Both the position numbers and the translations under genes were made by a program. Under the pieces are notes generated by a model. That model was not told the DNA's origin. It was given only the letters and a program-made list of their open reading frames with translations, and did no database searches. Below, piece by piece: positions 9,226 through 18,350 of a stretch of 64,000 nucleotides of DNA (its first letter is position 1; each line of letters starts with the position of its first letter). Source of the stretch: an uncultured Verrucomicrobiae bacterium (lineage in GTDB: Bacteria; Verrucomicrobiota; Verrucomicrobiia; Chthoniobacterales; JAFAMB01); assembly GCA_963813025.1 (NCBI GenBank), contig CAWEXO010000011.1, positions 288,001 to 352,000 of the forward strand. Reading direction: 5' to 3'.

Positions 9226-10254
9226 TTAGCCGTCGTCCTGCTCGGGGCGAAGGTCGCGACCAAGCAACCGCCGCATCCCTTGGGCCGCCGACTGGCTTTC
9301 ATAAAGGATCCCATGGACCTCGTTGATAATCGGAGCCGTGAGCGACCGCTCGGCAACTGTCTGCCGGATGCTTCGTGCCGTGGACACACCCTCAGCAACC
9401 ATGCGCATCGAATGCACGATGCGATCGAGCGACTCCCCGCAACCGAGGCGCTCGCCGACGTGGCGATTTCGGCTGTGCCGGCTGAAGCAGGTTGCCATTA
9501 GATCGCCGATACCACTCAGACCGTAAAAGGTTTCGCGGCGGCCGCCGAGGGCGGTCCCAACGCGTACCATCTCGGTCAAAGAACGCGTCACGAGCGCGGC
9601 CTTTGAATTATCGCCCAACCCGAGTCCATCGGAGATGCCCGCCGCGAGGGCAAAGATATTTTTTAGAGCACCTCCGAGTTCGATTCCCGCGACATCCGCG
9701 CTGGTGTAAACCCGGAAATTCCATCGCGCCAAAAGCTTCTGAACGCGCTCAGCAACAACGCTATCTCGGCAACCAAGAACGCTGGCCGCCGGCACGCCGC
9801 GGGCAATTTCCTCGGCATGATTTGGTCCGGACAAAACCGCGATGGGATTATTCGGGAAAATAGCCGCCAGCACCTGGCTCATCCGGTTCCCGGTGCCGAG
9901 TTCAATACCTTTGCTGCAGCAGACGTGGACGGTGTCTGGTTCGATCCGGACCGTATTTCGCCACGTGCTGGCAAGTTCGCGCAGGTTCTGGGCGGGAATT
10001 GCCCAAAAAAGGAAGGCGCTGGAAGTGCACTCCGCAGCGCCCGAGATCACTTTCACTGTGCCGGGTAATGGCACCTCTGGCAGATATGTCTGGTTACAGC
10101 GGAGGTATCGCATGCTCTCGGCCCGCGCCGCGTCTCGTACCCACAGCCAGACCGGCCTGTCGCTGGCGCCCAGCAGAACAGCCAGCGCTGTACCCCAGCT
10201 GCCGCCCCCGATTACCCCAACGGAATCTCCTCGGGCTCTGGAGACGTGATCCAT
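9226..10254 (-). CDS. gpsA: NAD(P)H-dependent glycerol-3-phosphate dehydrogenase
   Basis: GGGSWGTALA, SKGIE, LSGPNHA, GALKN, GIGDL..TC.S.HSRN. Confidence 0.95.
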   Translation of the reverse strand: MDHVSRARGDSVGVIGGGSWGTALAVLLGASDRPVWLWVRDAARAESMRYLRCNQTYLPEVPLPGTVKVISGAAECTSSAFLFWAIPAQNLRELASTWRNTVRIEPDTVHVCCSKGIELGTGNRMSQVLAAIFPNNPIAVLSGPNHAEEIARGVPAASVLGCRDSVVAERVQKLLARWNFRVYTSADVAGIELGGALKNIFALAAGISDGLGLGDNSKAALVTRSLTEMVRVGTALGGRRETFYGLSGIGDLMATCFSRHSRNRHVGERLGCGESLDRIVHSMRMVAEGVSTARSIRQTVAERSLTAPIINEVHGILYESQSAAQGMRRLLGRDLRPEQDDG

Positions 10255-10892
10255 TACTTCTTGCCGAACCGGGATTCCGTTCCGTGCAAAAGCCGCTCAA
10301 TATTCGTCCGATGCCTCCAGACGGCCAACGCGGCGATCAGGAGCGAGAAACCAAACAACCACAAAAAGTCGGGGCGCTCGCGCGGTAGAATACAAAAGAT
10401 GACGAGCGGCAGGGCGATCGCCGCGGTAATAGAAGCCAGAGACACGTACCGGCCGGTATAAAACACGAGTACCCAAACAAGAACAACCAGAATGACGGTA
10501 ACGATCGGGAATAAGCCTAGCAAGACGCCGGCTGAGGTCGCGACCCCTTTACCTCCCTTGAAGCCGAGCCAGACTGGATAATTATGTCCCAGAATACAGG
10601 CGACCGCGCCGAGCAATCCTCCCAAGGTGAAATTGAGTTCTCCAGCAAGCAGGGCCGCACCTAGAAGTGCTCCGAGCCGCACACCCACTAAACCTTTCAG
10701 GACGTCACAGACAAAGACAAAATACCCCCAACGCTTGCCTAGCACGCGAAGCACATTGGTGGCACCGATGTTGCCGCTTCCATATTTTCGTATATCAACG
10801 CGATGGAATCGCCCGACCACGTAACCGCTCGGGATCGAGCCTACCAAATAGCTCGTCAGTGCAATCAATATCCAGCTCAGGTGCGCTAACAT
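10254..10892 (-). CDS. plsY: Glycerol-3-phosphate acyltransferase
   Basis: GSIP, GSGNIGATN, FKGGKGVAT, HRTNI.RL..GTE. Confidence 0.96.
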   Translation of the reverse strand: MLAHLSWILIALTSYLVGSIPSGYVVGRFHRVDIRKYGSGNIGATNVLRVLGKRWGYFVFVCDVLKGLVGVRLGALLGAALLAGELNFTLGGLLGAVACILGHNYPVWLGFKGGKGVATSAGVLLGLFPIVTVILVVLVWVLVFYTGRYVSLASITAAIALPLVIFCILPRERPDFLWLFGFSLLIAALAVWRHRTNIERLLHGTESRFGKK

Positions 10893-10938
10893 TGTTTAAT
10901 ATGTTTTTATCGGTATTATCCAGAAAAGTCAGCACAGC

Positions 10939-11424
10939 ATGCACGATCTTACCCGCATCGAACCCGCCACGATCGAAGACCTGCCAGTGCTCGCGGAACT
11001 CCTGATGGACCTTTTCGCGCACGAATCGGATTTTCGCCCTAATTATAATAATCAGATCCGTGGTCTCCGCTTTATTCTCGAGCAGCCCAGTCGCGGACGG
11101 ATATTTGTTCTGCGCGGCAGCAGCAAAATCATCGGAATGATCAACCTGCTGTTTACGATCAGCACCGCGGAGGGAGGCTTTGTGATGCTGTTGGAAGACC
11201 TGATTATCAATCACGACTTTCGCCATCAAGGGTTCGGCGGAGAGTTGCTCAAGTACGCCATTGATTATGCCAGGCAAAAGGATTTTCTGCGGATCACCCT
11301 TCTGACCGATCGCATGAGTGATGAATCGCTGGCTTTTTTCGAGAAATACGGGTTTGAACGATCAGACATGGTGCCAATGCGACTGTGGCTGGGCGCGGCC
11401 GCTGAGCTTCATCGTCCGACCTAG
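10939..11424 (+). CDS. GNAT family N-acetyltransferase
   Basis: RHQGFGGELL acetyl-CoA binding motif; FFEKYGF. Confidence 0.88.
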   Translation: MHDLTRIEPATIEDLPVLAELLMDLFAHESDFRPNYNNQIRGLRFILEQPSRGRIFVLRGSSKIIGMINLLFTISTAEGGFVMLLEDLIINHDFRHQGFGGELLKYAIDYARQKDFLRITLLTDRMSDESLAFFEKYGFERSDMVPMRLWLGAAAELHRPT

Positions 11425-11717
11425 TGCACCGTCTCATATATACCGATGATGTCGTTGCGTTCAAAATGGGCCGCCGGCAAGGCGCGAGGAGGGAGCATAT
11501 CTGAAGCGATACGTGACCGAGGAGCAACGCCGCCGCCGGCCCATTTTCAACACAACTCTTTGGGCCGCGGCCAGTCGGCTGTTTTTCGGCGTTGCTCGCT
11601 CGATCCGTATGAATCCAGATATGGACGCTTCTACTGCCAGTCCGGCTCGGACCGCCTTGAAAAACAGCCAACTGACCTGCGGCGACATCAATCGTTATAT
11701 ATGAGACGGCGCACTAG
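11421..11717. mobile_element. 297-bp MITE-like element with CTAG ends, long TIRs and two internal hairpin modules
   Basis: CTAGTGCACCGTCTCATATATA ... TATATATGAGACGGCGCACTAG (21/22 inverted match); left end overlaps the GNAT stop codon. Confidence 0.85.
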
Positions 11718-11900
11718 CTCCTTGAAAACCGGAAGGTGATTGGATGAATCAATTTTTTTCGAAAGGCTTTTATCCACGGTCGGATGCTTCGCCTTTCAAG
11801 GACTCTGTACAGCGAGGCCGTTCAAAACAAGGAGGCCAAGATTTGTAAGCCGCTTTTTTCCGCCGAATCTCGTCGTCCTGAGACGCGACCTCGCTAGGTT

Positions 11901-12584
11901 ATGGCCGTTGAAAGCTTTGTCGATCTTGGTTTTGCCAAAGTCGATACCTCGCGCCGGAGGCGTCGCGGCTTTCCGGAGGCGGTCTTTGCTCAGGGTAAGA
12001 GCGGGGACCAGCTGACTGCCATTCTGGAGACGCTGGTCGAATATGATGGCGTAGCTCTCGCCACCAGGGCTTCCGCGCAACAGTTCGAGACCGTGCAAAA
12101 ACGATTGCCCGACGCTCGATTCGACCCGATTGGGCGCTGCATTATCCTGGAGCGCACGCCACTCAAACGGCTGCCGGGTCGGGTAGCCATCGCCAGCGCC
12201 GGGACCACCGATCTCTTTGTCGTCGAAGAAGCGCGGTCGACCCTTGAGCTTTTTGGCATCAGCGTCGATACGATCCAAGATGTCGGCGTAGCGGGAGTCC
12301 ATCGGACGTTGGCCGCGCAACCGATCCTGGAAGCGGCTGGAGTGGTCATTGTCGTAGCCGGCATGGACGGCGCACTGCCAAGTGTCATCGGCGGACTCAC
12401 CAGCAAGCCGGTGATCGCCGTGCCTACCAGCGTCGGTTATGGCACAAGCTTCGGCGGAATCACCGCTCTGCTCACGATGTTGAACAGCTGCGCCAGCGGT
12501 GTGATGGTCGTCAATATCGATAACGGTTTTGGCGCGGCTTACGCCGCGGCGCTCATCATTCAGAGCCATCTGCCGCGGGCTTGA
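11901..12584 (+). CDS. larB: Nickel-pincer cofactor biosynthesis protein LarB (PurE-like)
   Basis: R.GFPEAVFAQGK, AGTTD, DVGVAG.HR, AGMDGALPSV, PTSVGYG, NIDNGFGA. Confidence 0.92.
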   Translation: MAVESFVDLGFAKVDTSRRRRRGFPEAVFAQGKSGDQLTAILETLVEYDGVALATRASAQQFETVQKRLPDARFDPIGRCIILERTPLKRLPGRVAIASAGTTDLFVVEEARSTLELFGISVDTIQDVGVAGVHRTLAAQPILEAAGVVIVVAGMDGALPSVIGGLTSKPVIAVPTSVGYGTSFGGITALLTMLNSCASGVMVVNIDNGFGAAYAAALIIQSHLPRA

Positions 12585-12623
12585 GTCCTGATGTCCTGAG
12601 CATCCCGGCGACGCTGTTGTCAT

Positions 12624-12715
12624 TAGGCTGTCTCAAAATGAGTTTTTTGTCTCGTTCATTGATGCCCAGACAGGTACGCATCCGGATTTGGTTACCAGTG
12701 GTTTGACACTGCCTA
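12624..12715. mobile_element. 92-bp MITE-like relic
   Basis: Imperfect TIRs TAGGCTGTCTCAAA / TTTGACACTGCCTA (12/14), TA at both ends. Confidence 0.55.
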
Positions 12716-12818
12716 CGTTGGCAGAAACGGCGCGGACTATCTTGCAGTTACGCTTCGGCCTCGTACCCCCACAAGGCAATCGTGCTTATTAATTCGGCGA
12801 AACTTCTCCCGGAGTTCT

Positions 12819-14744
12819 TTAAGCAGCTGATTTGGATTGCTTCGCCCGAGCGCTGGGCTTGACCAGCGCTCGAATCTTTTCCACCGCCGCCTCCGCGCTG
12901 ACCCCGTGCTTTTTCCGGAGCACCGGAATCGAGCCGTGTTCCACAAACTGGTCGGGCCAACCGATTCGGACGACCGGCGTCCGAATGCGAGCCTCGGAGA
13001 AGTACTCGACGACCGCGCACCCGAAGCCGTTGTGCAAAACGTGATCTTCAAAAGTACAGATCGCTTCCACGCTACGGGCAAAGAATTCCAGGGTCCCGGT
13101 GTCCAGCGGCTTGATCCAGCGCGGGTTAATTATCGCTACCGAGTATCCCTCGGCCTCAAGCAGTTTCGCGGTTTCTTCGGCCATCGAGAACATGTTTCCC
13201 AATCCGACCAAAGCAACGTCGCGGCCATGTTGAACGACCTCAGCCTTGCCAATCTCCAGCAGTTTCGGTTGCGGCTTTGGTTTTGCTCCGGTGCCTGCTC
13301 CTCGCGGATAGCGGATTGCGATCGGCCCCTGGTGGTAATTGACCATCGTCCAAAGCATGTCGGCAAACTCCTCCTCATCCTTCGGTTGCATGTGCACCAG
13401 GTTTGGAATGTGTCGCATGTAGCCAATATCAAACAGACCGTGGTGAGTCGGCCCGTCATCGCCGGAAAGACCGGCGCGGTCCATGCAAATCGCTACGTTC
13501 AGGTTCTGCAGCGCGATGTCATGAATTAACATGTCGTACGCTCGCTGCATGAACGTCGAATAAATCGTCAAGAACGGCTTGCAACCCTGGGTCGCCAAGC
13601 CGCAGGCGAACAAGGCCGCGTGCTCTTCTGCGATGCCAACATCGAAATAGCGCGCCGGATGACGATTGGCAAAATGGATGAGTCCGGTGCCGGGACCCAT
13701 TGCCGCCGTGATGGCCATGATTTTATTATTATTGTCGGCAAACTTGGCGAGAGTCTTGCCGATCAATTCTGAGTAGGTAGGCGTGCTGGCCGCAGCCGTT
13801 TCCCCGGTCTCCAGTTTAAACTTGCCCAGACCATGAAACTTGTCCGGTTTGGCCAGTGCCGGCGGATAGCCCTTACCTTTTTGAGTGATAATGTGCAGCA
13901 GGACCGGCTCGTTTTGTCTTTTCAGGAACTCAAAGATCCGGATCAGCAGCGGGATATCATGTCCATCGATCGGTCCATAATAGCGTAGCCCGAACTCTTC
14001 GAACAAAACGTTGGGCAAAACCAGATGTTTCACGCCCTCTTCAACTTTGTGCACGAGATCGGTGGCAAACTTCCCGCCGATCATCTCAACAAACTTTGTC
14101 GCCTTCTCATGCAGATGGCTGTAAGCGTCATTGGTGACGATTTGGTTCAGATAATTTGCGATCGCTCCGACGTTCTTGGAGATCGACCATTCGTTGTCGT
14201 TCAAGACGACGATAAAACGCCGAGTATTATCGGCGACATTGTTCAAGGCTTCGTAACTCGGCCCACAGGTAAAGGCGGCGTCGCCGGCGACGACGACCAC
14301 GTTCTCTTTCCCGCCTCGACGGTCCCGAGCCACCGCCATACCAAGCGCGGCAGAGAGGGCAGTGCCAGCATGTCCCGCTCCGTAGCAGTCGTGCTCACTT
14401 TCGGTGCGTAAAAGGAATCCGTTGAGTCCCTCGTACTGGCGAATCGTGTTGAACCGGGTCCGTCGTCCGGTAAGAAGCTTATGGACGTAACCTTGGTGAC
14501 TCACGTCAAAGACGAACTTGTCCTTGGGCGTTTCGAATACACGATGCAGAGCGATGGTCAGCTCCACCACTCCGAGATTTGGACCGAGGTGACCGCCAGT
14601 CTGGGAAAGTACGTTGATCAACTCGTCGCGGATTTCCTGGGCAAGCTGCGGGAGCTGGTTTTCCTCAAACCGCTTGAGGTCGGCCGGAGAGTCTACGCGA
14701 TCCAGAAGACGGCCGTTGATCATTTCAGAAGAGGCTGCTTTCAT
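12819..14744 (-). CDS. dxs: 1-deoxy-D-xylulose-5-phosphate synthase
   Basis: GGHLGPNLGVVELT, GDAA...NDN, DRAGLSGDDGPTH. Confidence 0.97.
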   Translation of the reverse strand: MKAASSEMINGRLLDRVDSPADLKRFEENQLPQLAQEIRDELINVLSQTGGHLGPNLGVVELTIALHRVFETPKDKFVFDVSHQGYVHKLLTGRRTRFNTIRQYEGLNGFLLRTESEHDCYGAGHAGTALSAALGMAVARDRRGGKENVVVVAGDAAFTCGPSYEALNNVADNTRRFIVVLNDNEWSISKNVGAIANYLNQIVTNDAYSHLHEKATKFVEMIGGKFATDLVHKVEEGVKHLVLPNVLFEEFGLRYYGPIDGHDIPLLIRIFEFLKRQNEPVLLHIITQKGKGYPPALAKPDKFHGLGKFKLETGETAAASTPTYSELIGKTLAKFADNNNKIMAITAAMGPGTGLIHFANRHPARYFDVGIAEEHAALFACGLATQGCKPFLTIYSTFMQRAYDMLIHDIALQNLNVAICMDRAGLSGDDGPTHHGLFDIGYMRHIPNLVHMQPKDEEEFADMLWTMVNYHQGPIAIRYPRGAGTGAKPKPQPKLLEIGKAEVVQHGRDVALVGLGNMFSMAEETAKLLEAEGYSVAIINPRWIKPLDTGTLEFFARSVEAICTFEDHVLHNGFGCAVVEYFSEARIRTPVVRIGWPDQFVEHGSIPVLRKKHGVSAEAAVEKIRALVKPSARAKQSKSAA

Positions 14745-15000
14745 CAGAGTTTTCCTTGGTTAATTCTTTGACCCGCTCAACGGGGGCCGTAGAGGCATTT
14801 CGATTGAGCATTTCGATCCGGTTCTCCGCTGATGCCAATTGTTCATTACAGATCGCAACCAGCCGGATACCTTCTTCGTATCGCCTGAGCAGATCTTCCA
14901 GGGGCAACTTGGAGGACTCCATCTGCTCGACGATCTTATCCAGCCGTTCCATGGCTACCTCAAACGAAAGCTCAGGGTCTACCGAATCCTTTTGCGACAT
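14725..15000 (-). CDS. xseB: Exodeoxyribonuclease VII small subunit
   Basis: SFE.AMERL..IVEQME...LPLE..L..YEEG; typical position before dxs. Confidence 0.92.
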   Translation of the reverse strand: MSQKDSVDPELSFEVAMERLDKIVEQMESSKLPLEDLLRRYEEGIRLVAICNEQLASAENRIEMLNRNASTAPVERVKELTKENSDESSLF

Positions 15001-15050
15001 GCCTAGAGCTGGCAACCTTAGCCGCCGACGCCCGGAAAGCCAATAAAAAC

Positions 15051-15311
15051 AGCGGCGGGAGCGGAGGGAGCCGTAGCTAGCGGAGGGAGCGGTCTCAGCG
15101 GAAGCAGGTAGCGCTAAAGCTCAGAACTGAACAACTGGCCAACCATGCCGGCGTGGAATAACTCCGAGGTATTTGGTCCTCTAGGATGCTAAGCTGTTCG
15201 GAGTTCTTCCACTGTACCGTTACATCCTTCCGCTGAAACCGCTCCCGCCGCGCCCGCCGCTCAATTCACTGTCACCTTCCAAACTGTTCAGCTGCCCTCC
15301 GCTCCCGCCGC
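15051..15311. repeat. Inverted pair of 9-mer tandem arrays (AGCGGAGGG / CCCTCCGCT)
   Basis: Left array 15051-15105; right arrays 15226-15261 and 15295-15311; about 120-bp spacer. Confidence 0.8.
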
Positions 15312-15314
15312 AAG

Positions 15315-16400
15315 CTACGGCTCGCCGGGTGAAGGCGAACCGAGATCAGCCGCAGGCAACCCGTTGAGGGGAAAAGGCGTTCGCTCCACTTGGAATGCGG
15401 GATGGTCTCGCGCGGTCACTTTCAGGGTCACTTCCTGGCCATTACGGAAAATCTTGACCGGAACAGTTTCGTCAGCGGTCAAGAAGAACGAGGCATTAAT
15501 CACATCAGGAGCATTTTTGATTTTTACGTCCCCAACTTGGAGGAGGACATCACCGATCTGCAAGCCTGCCGACTCGGCCGGTGAATCCTCCACAAAACCA
15601 GAAATGGTCACCCGGGAATCATGGAGAGTCTCAGCCGCGTCATGGACGCTGACCCCTAGCCATCCGGGACGGACATTGCCAAAGCGCAAATAATCGGTGC
15701 GCACTTTCTCAGCCGCCTTTATCGGCAAAGCATAGCAAGCGGTGCGGTTGTCAATGCTGCTGATCAGAATAGCGACCACTTGTCCCTTGAGATTCAGCAC
15801 GGGGCAGCCCGCTTCGCCGCGTTGCGCGCTGATGTTGGCCCGGATCAGCGTTGTGCTGAAATAGCGGTCCAGATACTTAAGGTCGAATCCGCCGACAATG
15901 CCAAAGCTTGGCGTAGCCGGCAGATCCATTGGATAGCCAATCGTAATGACGGGGGAAGTGACGCGGAGATCGTCGGAAGACCCAATCGGCAGCCAAGGTG
16001 TCTCCGCATCGATCTTAAGCACGGCCACGCCGCTGCGCGGATCAGCTACCAGTCGATGCGCCGGATACCGCTTCGAACCGAACTCCGCCACGATATCGTG
16101 CGCATCACCGCCGACTTCATACGCAGTGTAAATCGTTCCAGAAGGATCAACGAAAAACCCGCTTCCAGACAGGCGGCCGTGGTCATCTTGCGCCTCAATG
16201 CGCACGACGGCGTCTTTGCTGCGCTCGTACACCCGCTGTAGATCCGTCTGAAAAACATCAGAAGGATCCTGAGCCCACAGCCGCTGACCGGGCCCAAAGA
16301 CGGCGATGATCTGCAGCGCGATACTGCCTTGGAACAGCAGTCTTTTCCTTTGCCCGCCTATTCTGGATAAAAACACCCTAGCGGGCTGGGTAAAAAGCAT
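15315..16400 (-). CDS. HtrA/DegP-like S1C protease homologue with PDZ domain
   Basis: GSGFFV, D..SGVAVLKI, IGYP and C-terminal PDZ (SPAESAGLQIGD); catalytic motifs degenerate (TAYEV, RGEAGCP). Confidence 0.85.
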   Translation of the reverse strand: MLFTQPARVFLSRIGGQRKRLLFQGSIALQIIAVFGPGQRLWAQDPSDVFQTDLQRVYERSKDAVVRIEAQDDHGRLSGSGFFVDPSGTIYTAYEVGGDAHDIVAEFGSKRYPAHRLVADPRSGVAVLKIDAETPWLPIGSSDDLRVTSPVITIGYPMDLPATPSFGIVGGFDLKYLDRYFSTTLIRANISAQRGEAGCPVLNLKGQVVAILISSIDNRTACYALPIKAAEKVRTDYLRFGNVRPGWLGVSVHDAAETLHDSRVTISGFVEDSPAESAGLQIGDVLLQVGDVKIKNAPDVINASFFLTADETVPVKIFRNGQEVTLKVTARDHPAFQVERTPFPLNGLPAADLGSPSPGEP

Positions 16401-16493
16401 CAGAATCAGGTTACTTTGATCAATTCTGTTTTAATATCTGAATTCCGACCAGAGGTCCGCTGGCAACGCCGTCAAGCCTTCCCGGCAGTTCGT

Positions 16494-16982
16494 TCAAAAA
16501 TTGAACGACGCTTCGTAGCTCACCGGTCGCGCATCCAGGATATATCGAGGAAGCGATGAACTGGATGGCTCAATCGTCGGTACGCTGCTTGATCTGGAGA
16601 GCGAGGGGCGTTGGCTTAGGCCGGACCAATCCAGGTCTCGATTGAGCGCGAAGCGAGGAGCAGCGGATTTGGAGTCCGTCTGGGTGAGGCCGACGGGGAA
16701 AGATCGCTCTGCCGATTTCGGTCCGACCACCCCGGTGGACAACAAAGTCGCCATCACGACAAAAAGCCCAAACGCTCCGCCATACGCGTAGGCCGGCATC
16801 CGGAAGCTCCACAACCCGGAGGACAGCCGGTCAAACCAGATCTGTAACGCCGAACGACGAAGGAGCTCTGCTCGTTGCCGACGATGAAATTCTTGTAAGC
16901 TGCGCTCGTAATATCCAGGGGGAGGCTGCTCGAAACGTTTGAGACGAATGAATTTCTGTACTTGTGTTTCGTCGAGCATCAT
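16494..16982 (-). CDS. Membrane-anchored hypothetical protein, putative anti-sigma factor
   Basis: Overlaps the ECF sigma stop by 4 bp; one TM segment. Confidence 0.65.
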   Translation of the reverse strand: MMLDETQVQKFIRLKRFEQPPPGYYERSLQEFHRRQRAELLRRSALQIWFDRLSSGLWSFRMPAYAYGGAFGLFVVMATLLSTGVVGPKSAERSFPVGLTQTDSKSAAPRFALNRDLDWSGLSQRPSLSRSSSVPTIEPSSSSLPRYILDARPVSYEASFNF

Positions 16983-17566
16983 TTTTTTCTAAACTCTTCG
17001 AGGTAATTCTGCAACTGTCGATGTGCGTAGAACAGCCGCGACCGAACCGTGGCTTCGGGAATTCCGAGAATACGGGCGATTTCGGCGTGTGGCATTCCTT
17101 GAATGTCGAACATCGTAACGACAGCTCTATGCTCAACAGACAGCTTCATCATCGCTTCGTTCAATCTCTGCTGGAGCTCGGTCAGATCTGCTTCCCTAAT
17201 GGGAGTATTCGTGGCCGTAAGCTCCAGAAACTCCTTATCGTTTTGGACGTTGGAATCGATATCGTCAAGACTCATTTGAAATCTGCGTCCCCGTTTCTTG
17301 ACAAAATTGATGGTCATATTGACGGCGATCGCGTGGATCCACGTGTAAAAGCTTGATTTCCCGCGAAAACCGTTGATCGACCGGTAGGCTTTCGCGAAAA
17401 CCTCCATCAGCAGATCGTTCGCGTCTTCGTGGTTCGCGGTCATGTTATAAACGAGGGAGTAAATCCGCGGACTATATTTGTGCCACAAAAGGTCGAACGC
17501 CCGGGTATCCCCCTGCTGGGTCTGCCGCACAAGTTCTTCGTCCTCCGGTAAGTTGGCTTCGTCCAT
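16979..17566 (-). CDS. ECF sigma-70 factor (RpoE-like)
   Basis: GD..AF..L, DANDL..EVF.KAY, SFYTW, EIA.ILG...TVRSRL. Confidence 0.93.
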   Translation of the reverse strand: MDEANLPEDEELVRQTQQGDTRAFDLLWHKYSPRIYSLVYNMTANHEDANDLLMEVFAKAYRSINGFRGKSSFYTWIHAIAVNMTINFVKKRGRRFQMSLDDIDSNVQNDKEFLELTATNTPIREADLTELQQRLNEAMMKLSVEHRAVVTMFDIQGMPHAEIARILGIPEATVRSRLFYAHRQLQNYLEEFRKK

Positions 17567-17828
17567 CGCTGCCAGCCTGCATCTCTCGCAAATTTTTTGG
17601 AAATTTGCGAGAGATGCAGGCAATGGCAGCAGAATTCTCCGGCTACGCCGGCAAGTTCTACTGCGTTTTTAAAGAGAATAGTTCGAAACGAAGGTTTAGG
17701 ACTCATCTATTTTGAAGCAAACCCGCGATGGCGCCCGTTCGCCCCGGCAGAATTCACCCGCGCAGCCGGAAAATTCTGCTTTGACAACCTGCATAGCTCA
17801 TTCCCTTTCGACCGAATGACGATGCAGG

Positions 17829-18350
17829 CTAACGGACGACGCCGGTCTCGGTCCGGCGATTCTTCGCCCAGGCGGATTCGTCGTGACCGGGGTCGGCCGG
17901 CATCTCCAAGCCAAAGCTCACCGTCTGAATACTTCCGGGAGAAGCGCCCAGCGCTATCAGTTCATTCCGGACAGCTTCCGCCCGGCGCTCGCCCAAAGCT
18001 CGGTTGTATTCCTCCGTTCCCCGCTCGTCGGTAAAACCGGCCAGGATGACGTTCTTATGCTCGCTCTTCATGAAACCGGCAATGTGTTGCAGTTTTCCGT
18101 TCTCCGAAGGGCTGATGTTCGCACTATCAAAGGCGAAATAAATCGGGGCGAATTGCCCTTTGACTACGTTGTTGCCGAGATAAGAAACGCCTTCCCGTCG
18201 CGGAGGTAACGGAGTACCGGTGACGGTATCACCATTGATGCCGGCGTATTCCTGTTTCTCTTGTTTCTTACAGCCGCCCAGGAAAGCCAACACAGTCAGG
18301 AACAATAAGCCGAGAACGATGTTTGTTTTCATCAGATCAAATGCGATCAA
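17829..18350 (-). CDS. pal: Peptidoglycan-associated lipoprotein (OmpA/Pal)
   Basis: Lipobox LGGC; IYFAFD, GFTDERG..EYN.ALGERRA, NRR. Confidence 0.92.
   Translation of the reverse strand: MIAFDLMKTNIVLGLLFLTVLAFLGGCKKQEKQEYAGINGDTVTGTPLPPRREGVSYLGNNVVKGQFAPIYFAFDSANISPSENGKLQHIAGFMKSEHKNVILAGFTDERGTEEYNRALGERRAEAVRNELIALGASPGSIQTVSFGLEMPADPGHDESAWAKNRRTETGVVR

Noticed and set aside
11446..11739. Short ORFs 11446-11739, 11461-11691 and 11513-11704
   Set aside because: They lie within or across the MITE-like element and show no protein motifs
11720..11801. Inverted repeat CCTTGAAA...TTTCAAGG next to the MITE
   Set aside because: Short match, single occurrence, no further support
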